A stretch of DNA of 63,711 bases, filler included, from Lenisia limosa (taxonomy: Eukaryota; Protista; Breviatea): NCBI GenBank assembly GCA_001655205.1. It is 13 parts of 13 records of this genome, joined end to end, with 100 filler letters (N's around TTAATTAATTAA, not from the genome) between each part and the next. Parts side by side here need not be neighbours in the genome. Positions count along the whole stretch, not along the records: positions 1 to 3,763 come from LPNZ01011317.1; positions 3,864 to 9,896 come from LPNZ01005413.1; positions 9,997 to 19,472 come from LPNZ01006186.1; 10 more parts are not named here. The stretch is one strand, 5' to 3'. A program made the translations under genes and the position numbers. Shown in pieces: positions 1 to 10,196 of this stretch; the first letter of the stretch is position 1, and every line of letters begins with the position of its first letter. The notes under the pieces were generated by a model, which was not told the origin of the DNA, ran no database searches, and saw only the letters and a program-made list of their open reading frames with translations.

Positions 1-131
1 GCCCCCCCCCCCCACCTCAAGCCATGTGGCAATATTATGCGGAATAAAATCGTCATCAGTGGATTGTGCTATCGTCACAACTGCCTAATATGGTAAGTGC
101 AAAGGTTACAACTGCTTTCATAGGTTCGCAA

Positions 132-221
132 CAAGGCTTCACTTCGGTTCGGGAAAATATTGATTGTTTTCGAGGATTTATCGAGATAATCAGTCTTTTT
201 CTAACCGACGTGAAGCACCCT
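132..221. mobile_element. hAT-like MITE (TAGGGCTTC family)
   Basis: AGGCTTCACTTCGG..CCGACGTGAAGC TIRs, core CGAGGATTTATCGAGA. Confidence 0.75.
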
Positions 222-392
222 CCTTGACCGAAAATAGGGTGGCTCTATAAAAACCGTCTGTATTTGCAAAAATTAACTTTTTGTTTTTTAATTTTGTTCA
301 TAAAAATACCATTTTATCACTTTTACCACTTTTTATTGTTTAACTACAGACGCTGCCACCCCCTTTTTAGATAACCTCTTCACCCCCCATAC

Positions 393-3300
393 CGGCCGAG
401 GGCATTGAGGGCCTTTGAGAAGCGCTTCAATGGACTGGATCATGAAGATCATCTGGGGGGGGGGGAGTAAAACAAAGAAATTCTGATGAAGACTATTGGC
501 GTAATAGTACTAATCACGAACTAAATAATCTGCAAACATGAGCAACCAACGCTAAAACTAGACAAAAGCCAGATGACAAAAACACAACAATAAAAACAAG
601 CCCATCTCCATCTGGAGAGGGGGGAGAAAAAATTGGGTTAGCATTTGTTCGCCTCCGAGGCAAAAAATGTTCTGTTGTGCTGGGTTTGATTGTTCGGGCT
701 ATCTCTTGCAATTGAACCGCTCCCATGTCTCCGATGGTAGATTTCCCCGCTCTCCTTAACCTTTTAGGACGGTATTAAACCAATTCATTTCAGGCTCAAT
801 TTCCTTTAGAACGTTATGAAACCAATTCAGTTCAGGCTCAATTTGGATTCAATCTTCTTGTCTTTTCTTTATTTTTCCCTTCCTAAAGGATATCCGTCAT
901 GGATAAAACGCATTTAGGCCCCTTTCGGTTCCTAAATATATCTATACCCCCCCCCCTCACTTCTTCTTTCGTCGATTCATGCTCAGGGAGGCATAACATC
1001 GGGCCGCTCTATTTCGTTAAAAAAACACGGCATCGGTGCAAAAAATGCCTGAATTTCTGGATAAATCCTCGATAAATATCGATATTTTACCGGTCTTTTT
1101 GTTACCGAAGTGAAGCCCTTAGTCATATCCAATTATAGAAACACTAACAGCTTATATAGCCCAATAAACTCAATAATAACATGAACAGTATTAACAACAT
1201 CAATAACATTAATAACATCAATAACATCAATAGTATCTTCATATCAACAGTATTGAATTGAATAAAGAACACCACAATATATAACATCAGTAACATCAAT
1301 AACAGCGATAACAGCCCCAAATCAACAAACTGAATACACTCCCCTTCAAACATCAATGACTTCAGTGGTTTGTTTGGTGTTAGCGCCTATCAGGAAGCCT
1401 AGCATCGAGTACCAAGCTCTGCTGGGTGAGAAGATCCAAAATAAAGAGACCAATCCGAGGAAATTGGAACCGAAACTCAAAATCTGAGAACCTAGAACAA
1501 AAGATGCTCTTGTTGGTTGTATACACCGCAATATAACAATCTAACCTCCCCCCTAGTTACCAATACTTCCCTATCAATGTTCCCCTACCTCCCAGCACAG
1601 GCCACATGGGGGTCCTGCGCCGCCTCCAGGCCGGCAAATATGCCTTCTTCCTCGCTCCAAGCCTCGCATAAACCCTTGAGATGCGCGAAATCTGTGGAGA
1701 GGGGGGTAACAGAAAGTCTCTCTCTTTGAGGGAGGAGGGCAAAAAAAAAATAAAAAAAAACTACACAAACTATGTAAGTAGTATTACCTTACACCCTTGC
1801 CCCCAATCGCTACATTGTTTTTTTATTTTATTAAATGTCAAATGACACCGCAAAAGAGCAGTCAGTATTCCACATGTACCTCATATATGTACCTCTTCAA
1901 TCACCCCACCCCCCATATCCCCATATCCCGGGTCCCCCCATAAACACACGGGTCCCCCTATAAACACCTCGGTACCTTGAAACACCTCATCAGGCTCGGA
2001 CGGGGGTGGCACATTCTGAAGAGATACGTAGTCGGCCTGGCTGAACTGTTCGTAGTCGTAGGCTGAGAGACGGTTCCACTCGTTCGGGGTGCTGCGGGAT
2101 ATTAGAATGTGGAGCTGCTGGATATTAGAATGTTTGTTTTTATTTTGAAAAATATATACAGTGACCGGGATAAGTCTTGATCGCTTTTCTGAGGGAATCA
2201 GATACAAATAGGTCAAGACTTATCCCTGTCCCTGTAAATATGTATTGAATACAGGACCATATGTTGGGGATATAAGAATCCTCTACAGAGGAGTGCAAGG
2301 GGGGGGGGGGCTTTCAAANNNNNNNNNNNNNNNNNNNNNNNNNNNNNNNNNNNNNNNNNNNNNNNNNNNNNNNNNNNNNNNNNNNNNNNNNNNNNNNNNN
2401 NNNNNNNNNNNNNNNNNNNNNNNNNNNNNNNNNNNNNNNNNNNNNNNNNNNNNNNNNNNNNNNNNNNNNNNNNNNNNNNNNNNNNNNNNNNAAATGGAGA
2501 AGAAAACGAGAAATATCAAAGAATAAAAGAAAAATGAGTATCAAAAAGGAGAAAAACCAAGAATCAAAGAAAGCAGAGAGTATGATTAGCCAAACAGTAA
2601 TCAGTTTTCTTAAGGATATGATACCATTTGTTCTGTAGAAGAGAAATACTTGGAATGTTTACACCATGTAAGCTAATGCCTACGAATAGAGCTCAGCAAG
2701 GTGTCGCGCCGTGTCAACAAAAGCAGTCAATAACTCTATACGATATTAGGTGTCATTAGTATTGCCAACAGAGTTGTTTTGGCTTGGTTTCCATTTTTAC
2801 CCNNNNNNNNNNNNNNNNNNNNNNNNNNNNNNNNNNNNNNNNNNNNNNNNNNNNNNNNNNNNNNNNNNNNNNNNNNNNNNNNNNNNNNNNNNNNNNNNNN
2901 NNNNNNNNNNNNNTGTTCTTAAAAATGACCTCCTACAACTAGGGATTCACTTCGGTTCGAAAAAGACTGAATTACTCGATAAATCCTCGAAAACTATCGA
3001 TATTTACCAGTATTTTTGTTGCTAATGATGGTAGAGAGAGGGGAGTGCTCCCCCCACNNNNNNNNNNTTGATGTGAACCGGCTGAGTAGGGTTGTTTCGT
3101 GGCAAGACTATAAAACGTCATTTTGTGAGGGTAAAATATATGAAACAAAACAAGCCTCTCAAGAGTCCTCATTCCGGTATAGGAACCTGGTCAGGTCTTA
3201 ACCAGGGTTTCACTCCTGTTAGAGAAATAATGGTAAAATATCAAATTATATCGATTATCGAACAAAAGTAAGTCCTATCGGGATGAAGCCCAGTCCGGTC

Positions 3301-3415
3301 CCACCTTTTCGGTGTGTTTATGAAGGTATCTTGGACCAGAGTAGACGATTTTGATTGCGTCGTATACCCAGGACGGGATTCCAGCGTCGGCCATTTCCGA
3401 GTAAAACGGGTGGGC
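393..3415 (-). CDS. Multi-exon hypothetical protein, partial at both ends
   Basis: GC-rich AG/GT-bounded islands on the minus strand: HPFYSEMADAGIPSWVYDAIKIVYSGPRYLHKHTEK (~3310-3415), TPNEWNRLSAYDYEQFSQADYVSLQNVPPPSEPDEVFQ (~1975-2090), FAHLKGLCEAWSEEEGIFAGLEAAQDPHVACAG (~1590-1700), MIFMIQSIEALLKGPQCPRP (393-452). Family not recognised. Confidence 0.6.
453..600 (-). mobile_element. Family B acceptor-terminal repeat
   Basis: GTCTAGTTTTAGCGTTGGTTGCTCATGTTTG..TACGCCAATAGTCTTCATCAGAATTTCTTTGTTTTACTCCCCCCCCCCCAG|exon. Confidence 0.8.
1028..1121. mobile_element. hAT-like MITE
   Basis: Core GATAAATCCTCGATAAATATCGATATTTTACCGG, right TIR CCGAAGTGAAGCCCTTA. Confidence 0.75.
1170..1310. repeat. AACATCAAT 9-mer low-complexity repeat
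   Basis: Repeated (AAT)AACATC units. Confidence 0.7.
2159..2234. mobile_element. Tc1/mariner-like 76-bp MITE
   Basis: TA|CAGTGACCGGGATAAGTCTTGA..TCAAGACTTATCCCTGTCCCTG|TA. Confidence 0.85.
2940..3018. mobile_element. hAT-like MITE, partial
   Basis: TAGGGATTCACTTCGGTTCGAAAAAGAC + core. Confidence 0.75.
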
Positions 3416-3763
3416 ANNNNNNNNNNNNNNNNNNNNNNNNNNNNNNNNNNNNNNNNNNNNNNNNNNNNNNNNNNNNNNNNNNNNNNNNNNNNNNNNNNNN
3501 NNNNNNNNNNNNNNNNNNNNNNNNNNNNNNNNNNNNNNNNNNNNNNNNNNNNNNNNNNNNNNNNNNNNNNNNNNNNNNNNNNNNNNNNNNNNNNNNNNNN
3601 NNNNNNNNGGGGGGAGATGTAAAACGAAGGAAATCCCTATGAACATACATAGTACATATAATAATCATGGGGGTAAGAATGGAGATTATTCTTAGGGCTC
3701 CGTGTAATTAATTTTTTTGAAGAAATTCCTCACTACTAAAGTGTATATCTCCCCCCCCCCCCC

Positions 3764-3863
3764 NNNNNNNNNNNNNNNNNNNNNNNNNNNNNNNNNNNNN
3801 NNNNNNNTTAATTAATTAANNNNNNNNNNNNNNNNNNNNNNNNNNNNNNNNNNNNNNNNNNNN
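3764..3863. other. Artificial contig linker
   Basis: 44 N + TTAATTAATTAA (stops in all six frames) + 44 N = 100 bp; identical structure recurs 12 times. Confidence 0.97.
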
Positions 3864-3975
3864 TTATTCACATACTAATTGACATAATCCAGGATTTGAC
3901 AGAATGGAAGTCCTATCAATAATACACTATAACACTACCCAATAAAACTGCCATAATCCCATTTTATCGGCCAAC

Positions 3976-6900
3976 TTTGACAGACGATCGGAACGTAAAA
4001 AAGCCCTCGTCAAAGGCCTTGGCGTCGTCATCTAGCAGGACACAGGCCCGGNNNNNNNNNNNNNNNNNNNNNNNNNNNNNNNNNNNNNNNNNNNNNNNNN
4101 NNNNNNNNNNNNNNNNNNNNNNNNNNNNNNNNNNNNNNNNNNNNNNNNNNNNNNNNNNNNNNNNNNNNNNNNNNNNNNNNNNNNNNNNNNNNNNNNNNNN
4201 NNNNNNNNNNNNNNNNNNNNNNNNNNNNNNNNNNNNNNNNNNNNNNNNNNNNNNNNNNNNNNNNNNNNNNNNNNNNNNNNNNNNNNNNNNNNNNNNNNNN
4301 NNNNNGAGAGGGGGGGGGGGCAGTGGGAACAAACAAAATATTAGCCAAATCTAGCAATGTGAAGAATATTATGCCAATATATCGATCACTGTAAGACAGG
4401 GGTAATATCTCAGCCAACCTCGTGTGAAGTCACCTTTGATTTCCTGCACAGTAGTAGTCAAACTTCTGCCATCACTGCCTCCCAACTCCACGGTATCAAG
4501 CAGGTTGAACTGGGGTAAATAAGATGTCTTCTGTCTCAGCAACGAATTTGATACATATATACCCCAATAGCAATGGTGCTTTACACTGATAAAGCTATTC
4601 CCCATGTAGAATTGAAAGAAAGGACCCACTAGGTCCACAGTCGACACCATATCAAGGAGGTCATGCAGCCTTTCGAGGAAAGCATCGAGGCGATGGAACA
4701 GCGCCGTGTTTTGGAACCGCCAAGGGTTACTGCTGTGCTCACTGTTTGCCTTGGACTGCGATGGAAGTGAATGGGGAAGACACAAGCATCACAGATCTCT
4801 ATGATCCTAGTTTCAATAGAGACTTTACTGCAAAAAAACAAACGAACACCTCTCTCAATGGCTCAGCATTTATTCTTCCAAACACCTCTCTCAATAGCTC
4901 GGCATTTATTCTTCCTGACAAAGCCCCTCACCTTGAAGTCGAAATAAGTGGTCTTGAAGGTGCTCAGGACTTTGATAGTTTCTCTCAAGGCCTCCGCCGC
5001 CTCCACAGCCGGTCTGGATAACAGAGTACCGCCATCAAGGAAGGCACACGCCTGGGGGTGAATGGGACTCCATTAACATAAAGTGAAACAGTGTGTTTGA
5101 TAACAGAATAACAAGGGGGTACCTGGTTGATGAGGGAGTTGCAGATTTCTCGGATCAAGACCACCAAACGAGAGGCCGTGTTAAAATACTTGCTTCGGGT
5201 CCACACAATCAAAATACAGGAAAGAATGGACTACAATGTAAGTATTGGACATTGACAACACAGAAGGACAAAAAAATCTATACTATTTGGCCGAAGCAGT
5301 ATGACACTATTCCACCAAATTGCAAATCCTCTGAAATGAATATGAAGCTCCCCAACTTTAAACAAAAGCGGAAGACTCAGAAAATCATCCGTTTCGATTC
5401 TCTTGAACCAGGGTATCTGAAATGTTAACTGACAAGTTGAAGATACAACCCTCTTGAAATGGTTACTGAACGAATGGTGAATTGAAATTGTTATACATAT
5501 CATCACCCCCCCCCCATCACAATAACATGACATTCCAAACAATGTCTACAATGTATGTAATATTGTGACAAACGCTAGCAGACCAGGTGTTTGAGGAACT
5601 TGGCATTGTCGACCGCCTCATCCCGAGCCTGGGTGATTTCTTTGACAAGACGGTTGAAGCCAGGGAGGGATGTCGATTTTGTGATCTCCAGTACCTGCAG
5701 GAGGTAACTAGTGTTTGGGAATTGTTCCCTTTCCTGTCAAAGACGGAATTTGCTGTTAAGCTGTGCTAACAAAGTTGATAATCTAAGCTGGGTTGGAAAA
5801 CAGAGCAAGAATTAACCAATCTATTATATTTTAATTAAACAGCTCACCTCTATCACCTTGACAGTTCTCCGAACAGATCACCCCTATCACCTTGACAATT
5901 CTCCGAACACTGTCACTGTAGAGCTGGTCGGAAAGAGCAGAGAGATTCAGGGCCCGATCTTGCCAAAAAGACGTTTCTGCCAATGGCCCTACTACGGTAA
6001 GAGATGATGCAGTGGTCTTGAGGGGATAAGAGATAAAAAGGCCATGACACTTCACAGACGAATAGACACATCCGCTTCCATACCGCCTACCCAGGTGAGT
6101 TCCGACTTTCAAAGACGCTTCAGGGTCGGCTTTCAACACGGCCTAAAGGTAAGTGCAGAAATCGGCCTCAGAGCAGATAATAACAAAACGGTAACGGGAT
6201 TTAATTATTGTGTACCCATTTTGGATGAGTCATTAATCTTCTGACGCTAGTAACCAATAACCATAATATTTAGGGTCCATGGTACCTTCAGTTGGCGAGT
6301 CCATGTTTGAACAGTGATGTCCAAAACAACGAGACGCTCCTTGTCCTTGAAGAGACGCTCGAAAACCATTTCGCCAGGGGGAAGGGGTAGAATGGTCCGA
6401 CCCTAAGTAATCAAAGGCAGCATGGAAATCGACATCCAGATCAGTCAATTTAAAACACTGACAATTAGATCCAGTCAATTCAGAAAGCCCCAATGTGGAA
6501 GGATCAATAATTTGGAGAAATGAGAGAAAAATACAATAAATAAGGTAGTTCTGACTTCATAATAATAACTCACCCACCTTTACCAAACCGAGGGTGACTG
6601 AGGTAGCCGAAATAAACCTAAAATATCATCGGATCTGATAATACGACATCCTTTGAAAATGGCACTATAGGTTTCAAGGCCAAATACACCAGAAACAGAA
6701 GGACATTCTCTTTGTGTCGGGAGATGGAGGGTTGCCACCAGTTGAAGACCATTTCATCATGACAACACAAAATCTTGTTAACAAATAATTATTCCACTCT
6801 ACACGCAATGCACTACTGGTCCACTTACCTATGTAATTCATCAAGCAGTTCTTTGAGTGACGTCTCAGGCCAACTTTTCTAAATAATAAGCAAATGCAAA

Positions 6901-7502
6901 GAAAGACAAAAGAGGAAACTGGAAGCTTCAAAACCAAACGTGCCAATGTAAACTTGTTACCTAACCTGATTGCTAGGGTTTGACATGAGCGGAAGGAAGA
7001 CGTCTTCAGACAGACGTGCAAGATGCTCCAGATGGTTTTCAGGAAGATCACCACAAGCAACAACCTAAACTCGTAATGCGTCGGTATTGAACTCCAAATT
7101 AGCTTATTTTGAATGCATTACCACAAAGAAGAGGGTAGAAGAGCCCCAGATGTCTCAGAAACTGGCCCCCTCACCTCCCCAATATTGTCTATCGTTAATG
7201 AGATGTGTCTTTCTTTGATAAAGTACACAGCACTTCCAATGAAGGCGTTTGTGGCTGAATTTGAGGCGCAGAGAGTACCGTCCTCATCAATATTTCCAAT
7301 GAAGAGCCGTTTGCAGTCCGATGTATTAAGAAATAGAGAAATTGCATCACTAAATGCACGGTCAAAACGCCAAATATATCCTAGATTCTTACGTGGAAGC
7401 GTGATCTCGCTGTAATTGGGGAAACTGATCTGATTTTTCACGGAGTGATGATCTAACACGGGCTTCAAGCCATAGAAGACGATGATCAAGGATGTCTCCC
7501 AT
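3976..7502 (-). CDS. Axonemal outer-arm dynein heavy chain (beta/ODA4, DNAH9/11/17-like), N-terminal tail (DHC_N1), 3' truncated
   Basis: ATG at 7502; spliced exons MGDILDHRLLWLEARVRSS.., VVACGDLPENHLEHLARLSEDVFLPLMSNPSNQ, KSWPETSLKELLDELHR, FISATSVTLGLVK, GRTILPLPP..VQTWTRQLK, AVLKADPEASLK, GPLAETSFWQDRALNL, VLEITKSTSLPGFNRLVKEITQARDEAVDNAKFLKHL, IVWTRSKYFNTASRLVVLIREICNSLINQ, PWRFQNTALFHRLDAFLERLHDLLD, CVLLDDDAKAFDEGFFTFR. Confidence 0.92.
4307..4380 (-). mobile_element. Family B-like terminus (dynein beta intron)
   Basis: ATAATATTCTTCAC..TTTTGTTTGTTCCCACTG + C-run, then gap and exon. Confidence 0.5.
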
Positions 7503-7799
7503 GTTTGAAGAATACACCCAACAATCTTACAAGCTAATTCTTGCTATTTTATTGCATTAAAGTACCTAAAAACATATATTTGCTATGCATTTCTGTTTTT
7601 GAGTAGGTCAAGAGTGGGTTGTTTCAGTTTTTCAGTTACTAATAGTGCACACTTTCGATATAATATATCGAAAAACCGGTTAATGCCAAAAATTATTATT
7701 TAGAGTCTATTTTTTTTGTATTTATTTCTGTATTTTTATTATATATTTTAACAAAAGAATATAATCTAGAGATAATATCTCCTCTAAGTTTACCAAAAA

Positions 7800-8010
7800 A
7801 TGGAATCACGGGCCAACGAGACATCAACTTCACCACCAAGGAGTCCTGACTCGTTTAATAGGAGAAATGAACAGTCCAAGATTATTCCGCAAGGTAAACG
7901 CCAATTTGCTTATATCCGCACATGATTTCCCCTTTTGTCTTTTGACGGCCTATATAGATGCAAAGCTAAAGGTCAACCCGCTCTTCTCCAAGATGGTTAT
8001 GTCGTATTAG
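7800..8010 (+). CDS. Possible short or 5'-partial hypothetical protein, head-to-head with the dynein gene
   Basis: ATG 7800, exon MESRANETSTSPPRSPDSFNRRNEQSKIIPQ|GTAAAC, phase-compatible exon 7958-7995 (D)AKLKVNPLFSKM; continuation unresolved. Confidence 0.35.
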
Positions 8011-8821
8011 AGCACTGATATTGATTTGACAACGGACGAAACGCGTCCATGCGTAAGAAGGCTACCAACTAATCATGCTAAATCAATTCATTTGAAATTG
8101 AATTGAATTGATCATGTAACCTTCTTTTGGGTTATGTTCTATTAAAGGCTATATATATTCTGCCTGACTTATCTTTTTGGTTATTACATTTTGATAAATT
8201 TCATTATATCATTTCTAACAAGATGGTTTACACCAATTTATACCTTCATTTGACACACTTTTGATTTCCGTCAATATGACGTCATAATCACATTCCAATT
8301 CAACTTTTTCTTGTTTTCGTTTTCTATGCTTGTTGTTAGTGCTTCTTTTCCAATTATTTTCTTTGATCATAGAGAGTTTTCCTATTCTTTTTTCTTTCTC
8401 AGTTTGTTTGATTTTTTTTTAACTCTTCTTTTCACGCTTCCCAGATATGTCACTTTGACGACCAAGAGACCCTCAATTAGCATCACTTTTTTGATACACC
8501 TTAAACGTGATATGGACTATTCAGTCCTGGGGCTTCTCTTTGGTCAGGAAAGGAGAGGCAATGCTGGTTTGGCAGCCATGGGAATTGGGTGAAAATAATA
8601 CACTAAAAATATCAAGGCTTTTTATGATGATATCAATACGTAATGCGGAGTAGCATATGCTAAGAGTGATATGAATATACTATTCCAAACACATCACTTT
8701 TTCATTTCTGATCATTGAAAACAAATTTGGAAACTGAAAGCACAACCCCAATTCAATCGATATCCCAAACTCAAAACCATCCTTCTGCTCATTTTGAAGT
8801 GTGATATATTGATGAATTGAT

Positions 8822-9724
8822 CTAAGATCTGACAGAGTCAAGTTTGATCTCAAAAGTGAGTGGAGTGTTGGGAGGGATACCTGGGGAGTCAGTGAGGTCA
8901 AGCCAAGCGGATAATTGCTCTGAGAGTAAACACGGTATGAGCATGTCTCATACTCCAAGCTTGTGTTTCCCTTTGGTTCGAAAAAGACTTGGGTAGCATG
9001 ACATGTGTCACCCCAACAGTCCCTCCCACCAGCAGCCTTGTGACCTTCTGCCCCGTAGCACCAGTCAGCTTCAATCTTAAACTCCGCCTGGGGGGGGGGG
9101 GGGNNNNNNNNNNNNNNNNNNNNNNNNNNNNNNNNNNNNNNNNNNNNNNNNNNNNNNNNNNNNNNNNNNNNNGTATATCATGCATATCATAACAAAAATC
9201 TAAAAGAAGGCTAGAATACATTTTGAAGAGAATAATGGATAATTGAGGAAAAAGAAATTAAAAGGTAGAGGTGATCAAAAGGTAGAAGTGTATCAAGGGG
9301 GGGGGGGGNNNNNNNNNNNNNNNNNNNNNNNNNNNNNNNNNNNNNNNNNNNNNNNNNNNNNNNNNNNNNNNNNNNNNNNCTTCACCAACAGACATTGTGA
9401 GCATGCCCACTTCCCACCCCTTGATGGCCTAATAGGTTAGAAATGACAAGCACAGTGGGCCTACCTTGTTCTGGCCAAGGGTAATTTTCAACTCGGGTTG
9501 AGCCTTACGCTTCAGCTTGAAAGTAAGAGTTATGATCCCAGAGAAGACAAGCACAATCAAATGTATGGTGTTTCCTAGCTGAAAAAAAAAAAAACGCATA
9601 TTGTTATTCAAGGCAGAGTGACTCACCTTAGAGAAGTTCTCGTCAAAGACCTTGCCGTCGGGAAGCATACCCTTATAATGGACGCCAACAGTGTCACCAA
9701 CACGGGGGTAAGTCATGTCATCTC
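8822..9724 (-). CDS. FKBP12-type peptidyl-prolyl cis-trans isomerase, first exon missing
   Basis: Exons GDDMTYPRVGDTVGVHYKGMLPDGKVFDENFSK, RKAQPELKITLGQNK, AIKGWEVGMLTMSVGE, AEFKIEADWCYGAEGHKAA, GIPPNTPLTFEIKLDSVRS* (TAG at 8822-8824). Confidence 0.92.
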
Positions 9725-9896
9725 CTGAGGGGGGGGGAGTAAAATTGGAAATTTATGAAGCAACACAAAAAACCCCAAAATCAACCCTGTTGGCTTATAC
9801 CACACGAGGTTTGAGAACAACAAAACACACAAAACCCAGGCCAGTCGCTTCTGCAGCACTGCACCCCATCACTCCAGCAAACAAAGCCCAGGCCAG
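9725..9896 (-). mobile_element. Family A acceptor-terminal repeat (FKBP intron)
   Basis: CTGGCCTGGG..AGCCAACAGGGTTGATTTTGGGG..TTCATAAATTTCCAATTTTACTCCCCCCCCCTCAG|exon. Confidence 0.85.
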
Positions 9897-9996
9897 NNNN
9901 NNNNNNNNNNNNNNNNNNNNNNNNNNNNNNNNNNNNNNNNTTAATTAATTAANNNNNNNNNNNNNNNNNNNNNNNNNNNNNNNNNNNNNNNNNNNN
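9897..9996. other. Artificial contig linker
   Basis: 44N-TTAATTAATTAA-44N. Confidence 0.97.
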
Positions 9997-10196
9997 GGGG
10001 GGGGGGGTGGTCTGGTGGGTGGACAGCAGTCTGAGTTGCTGAGGAGATGTTAACAACAACTGTGACTGAACTGCAACACTCAAACTCTCTCATTCAGCCA
10101 CACATCCAGAACAAGTGGAAAACTAATCAAAACTAATCAATATTATTTCAATTTATTTCTCCAATTCAAATCCTCTTTCTTTCCTCTTCCCACAGG

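Noticed and set aside
3808-3819. TTAATTAATTAA as a biological repeat or telomere-like motif
   Set aside because: Always centred in exactly 44 N on each side; it is an assembly spacer with six-frame stops.
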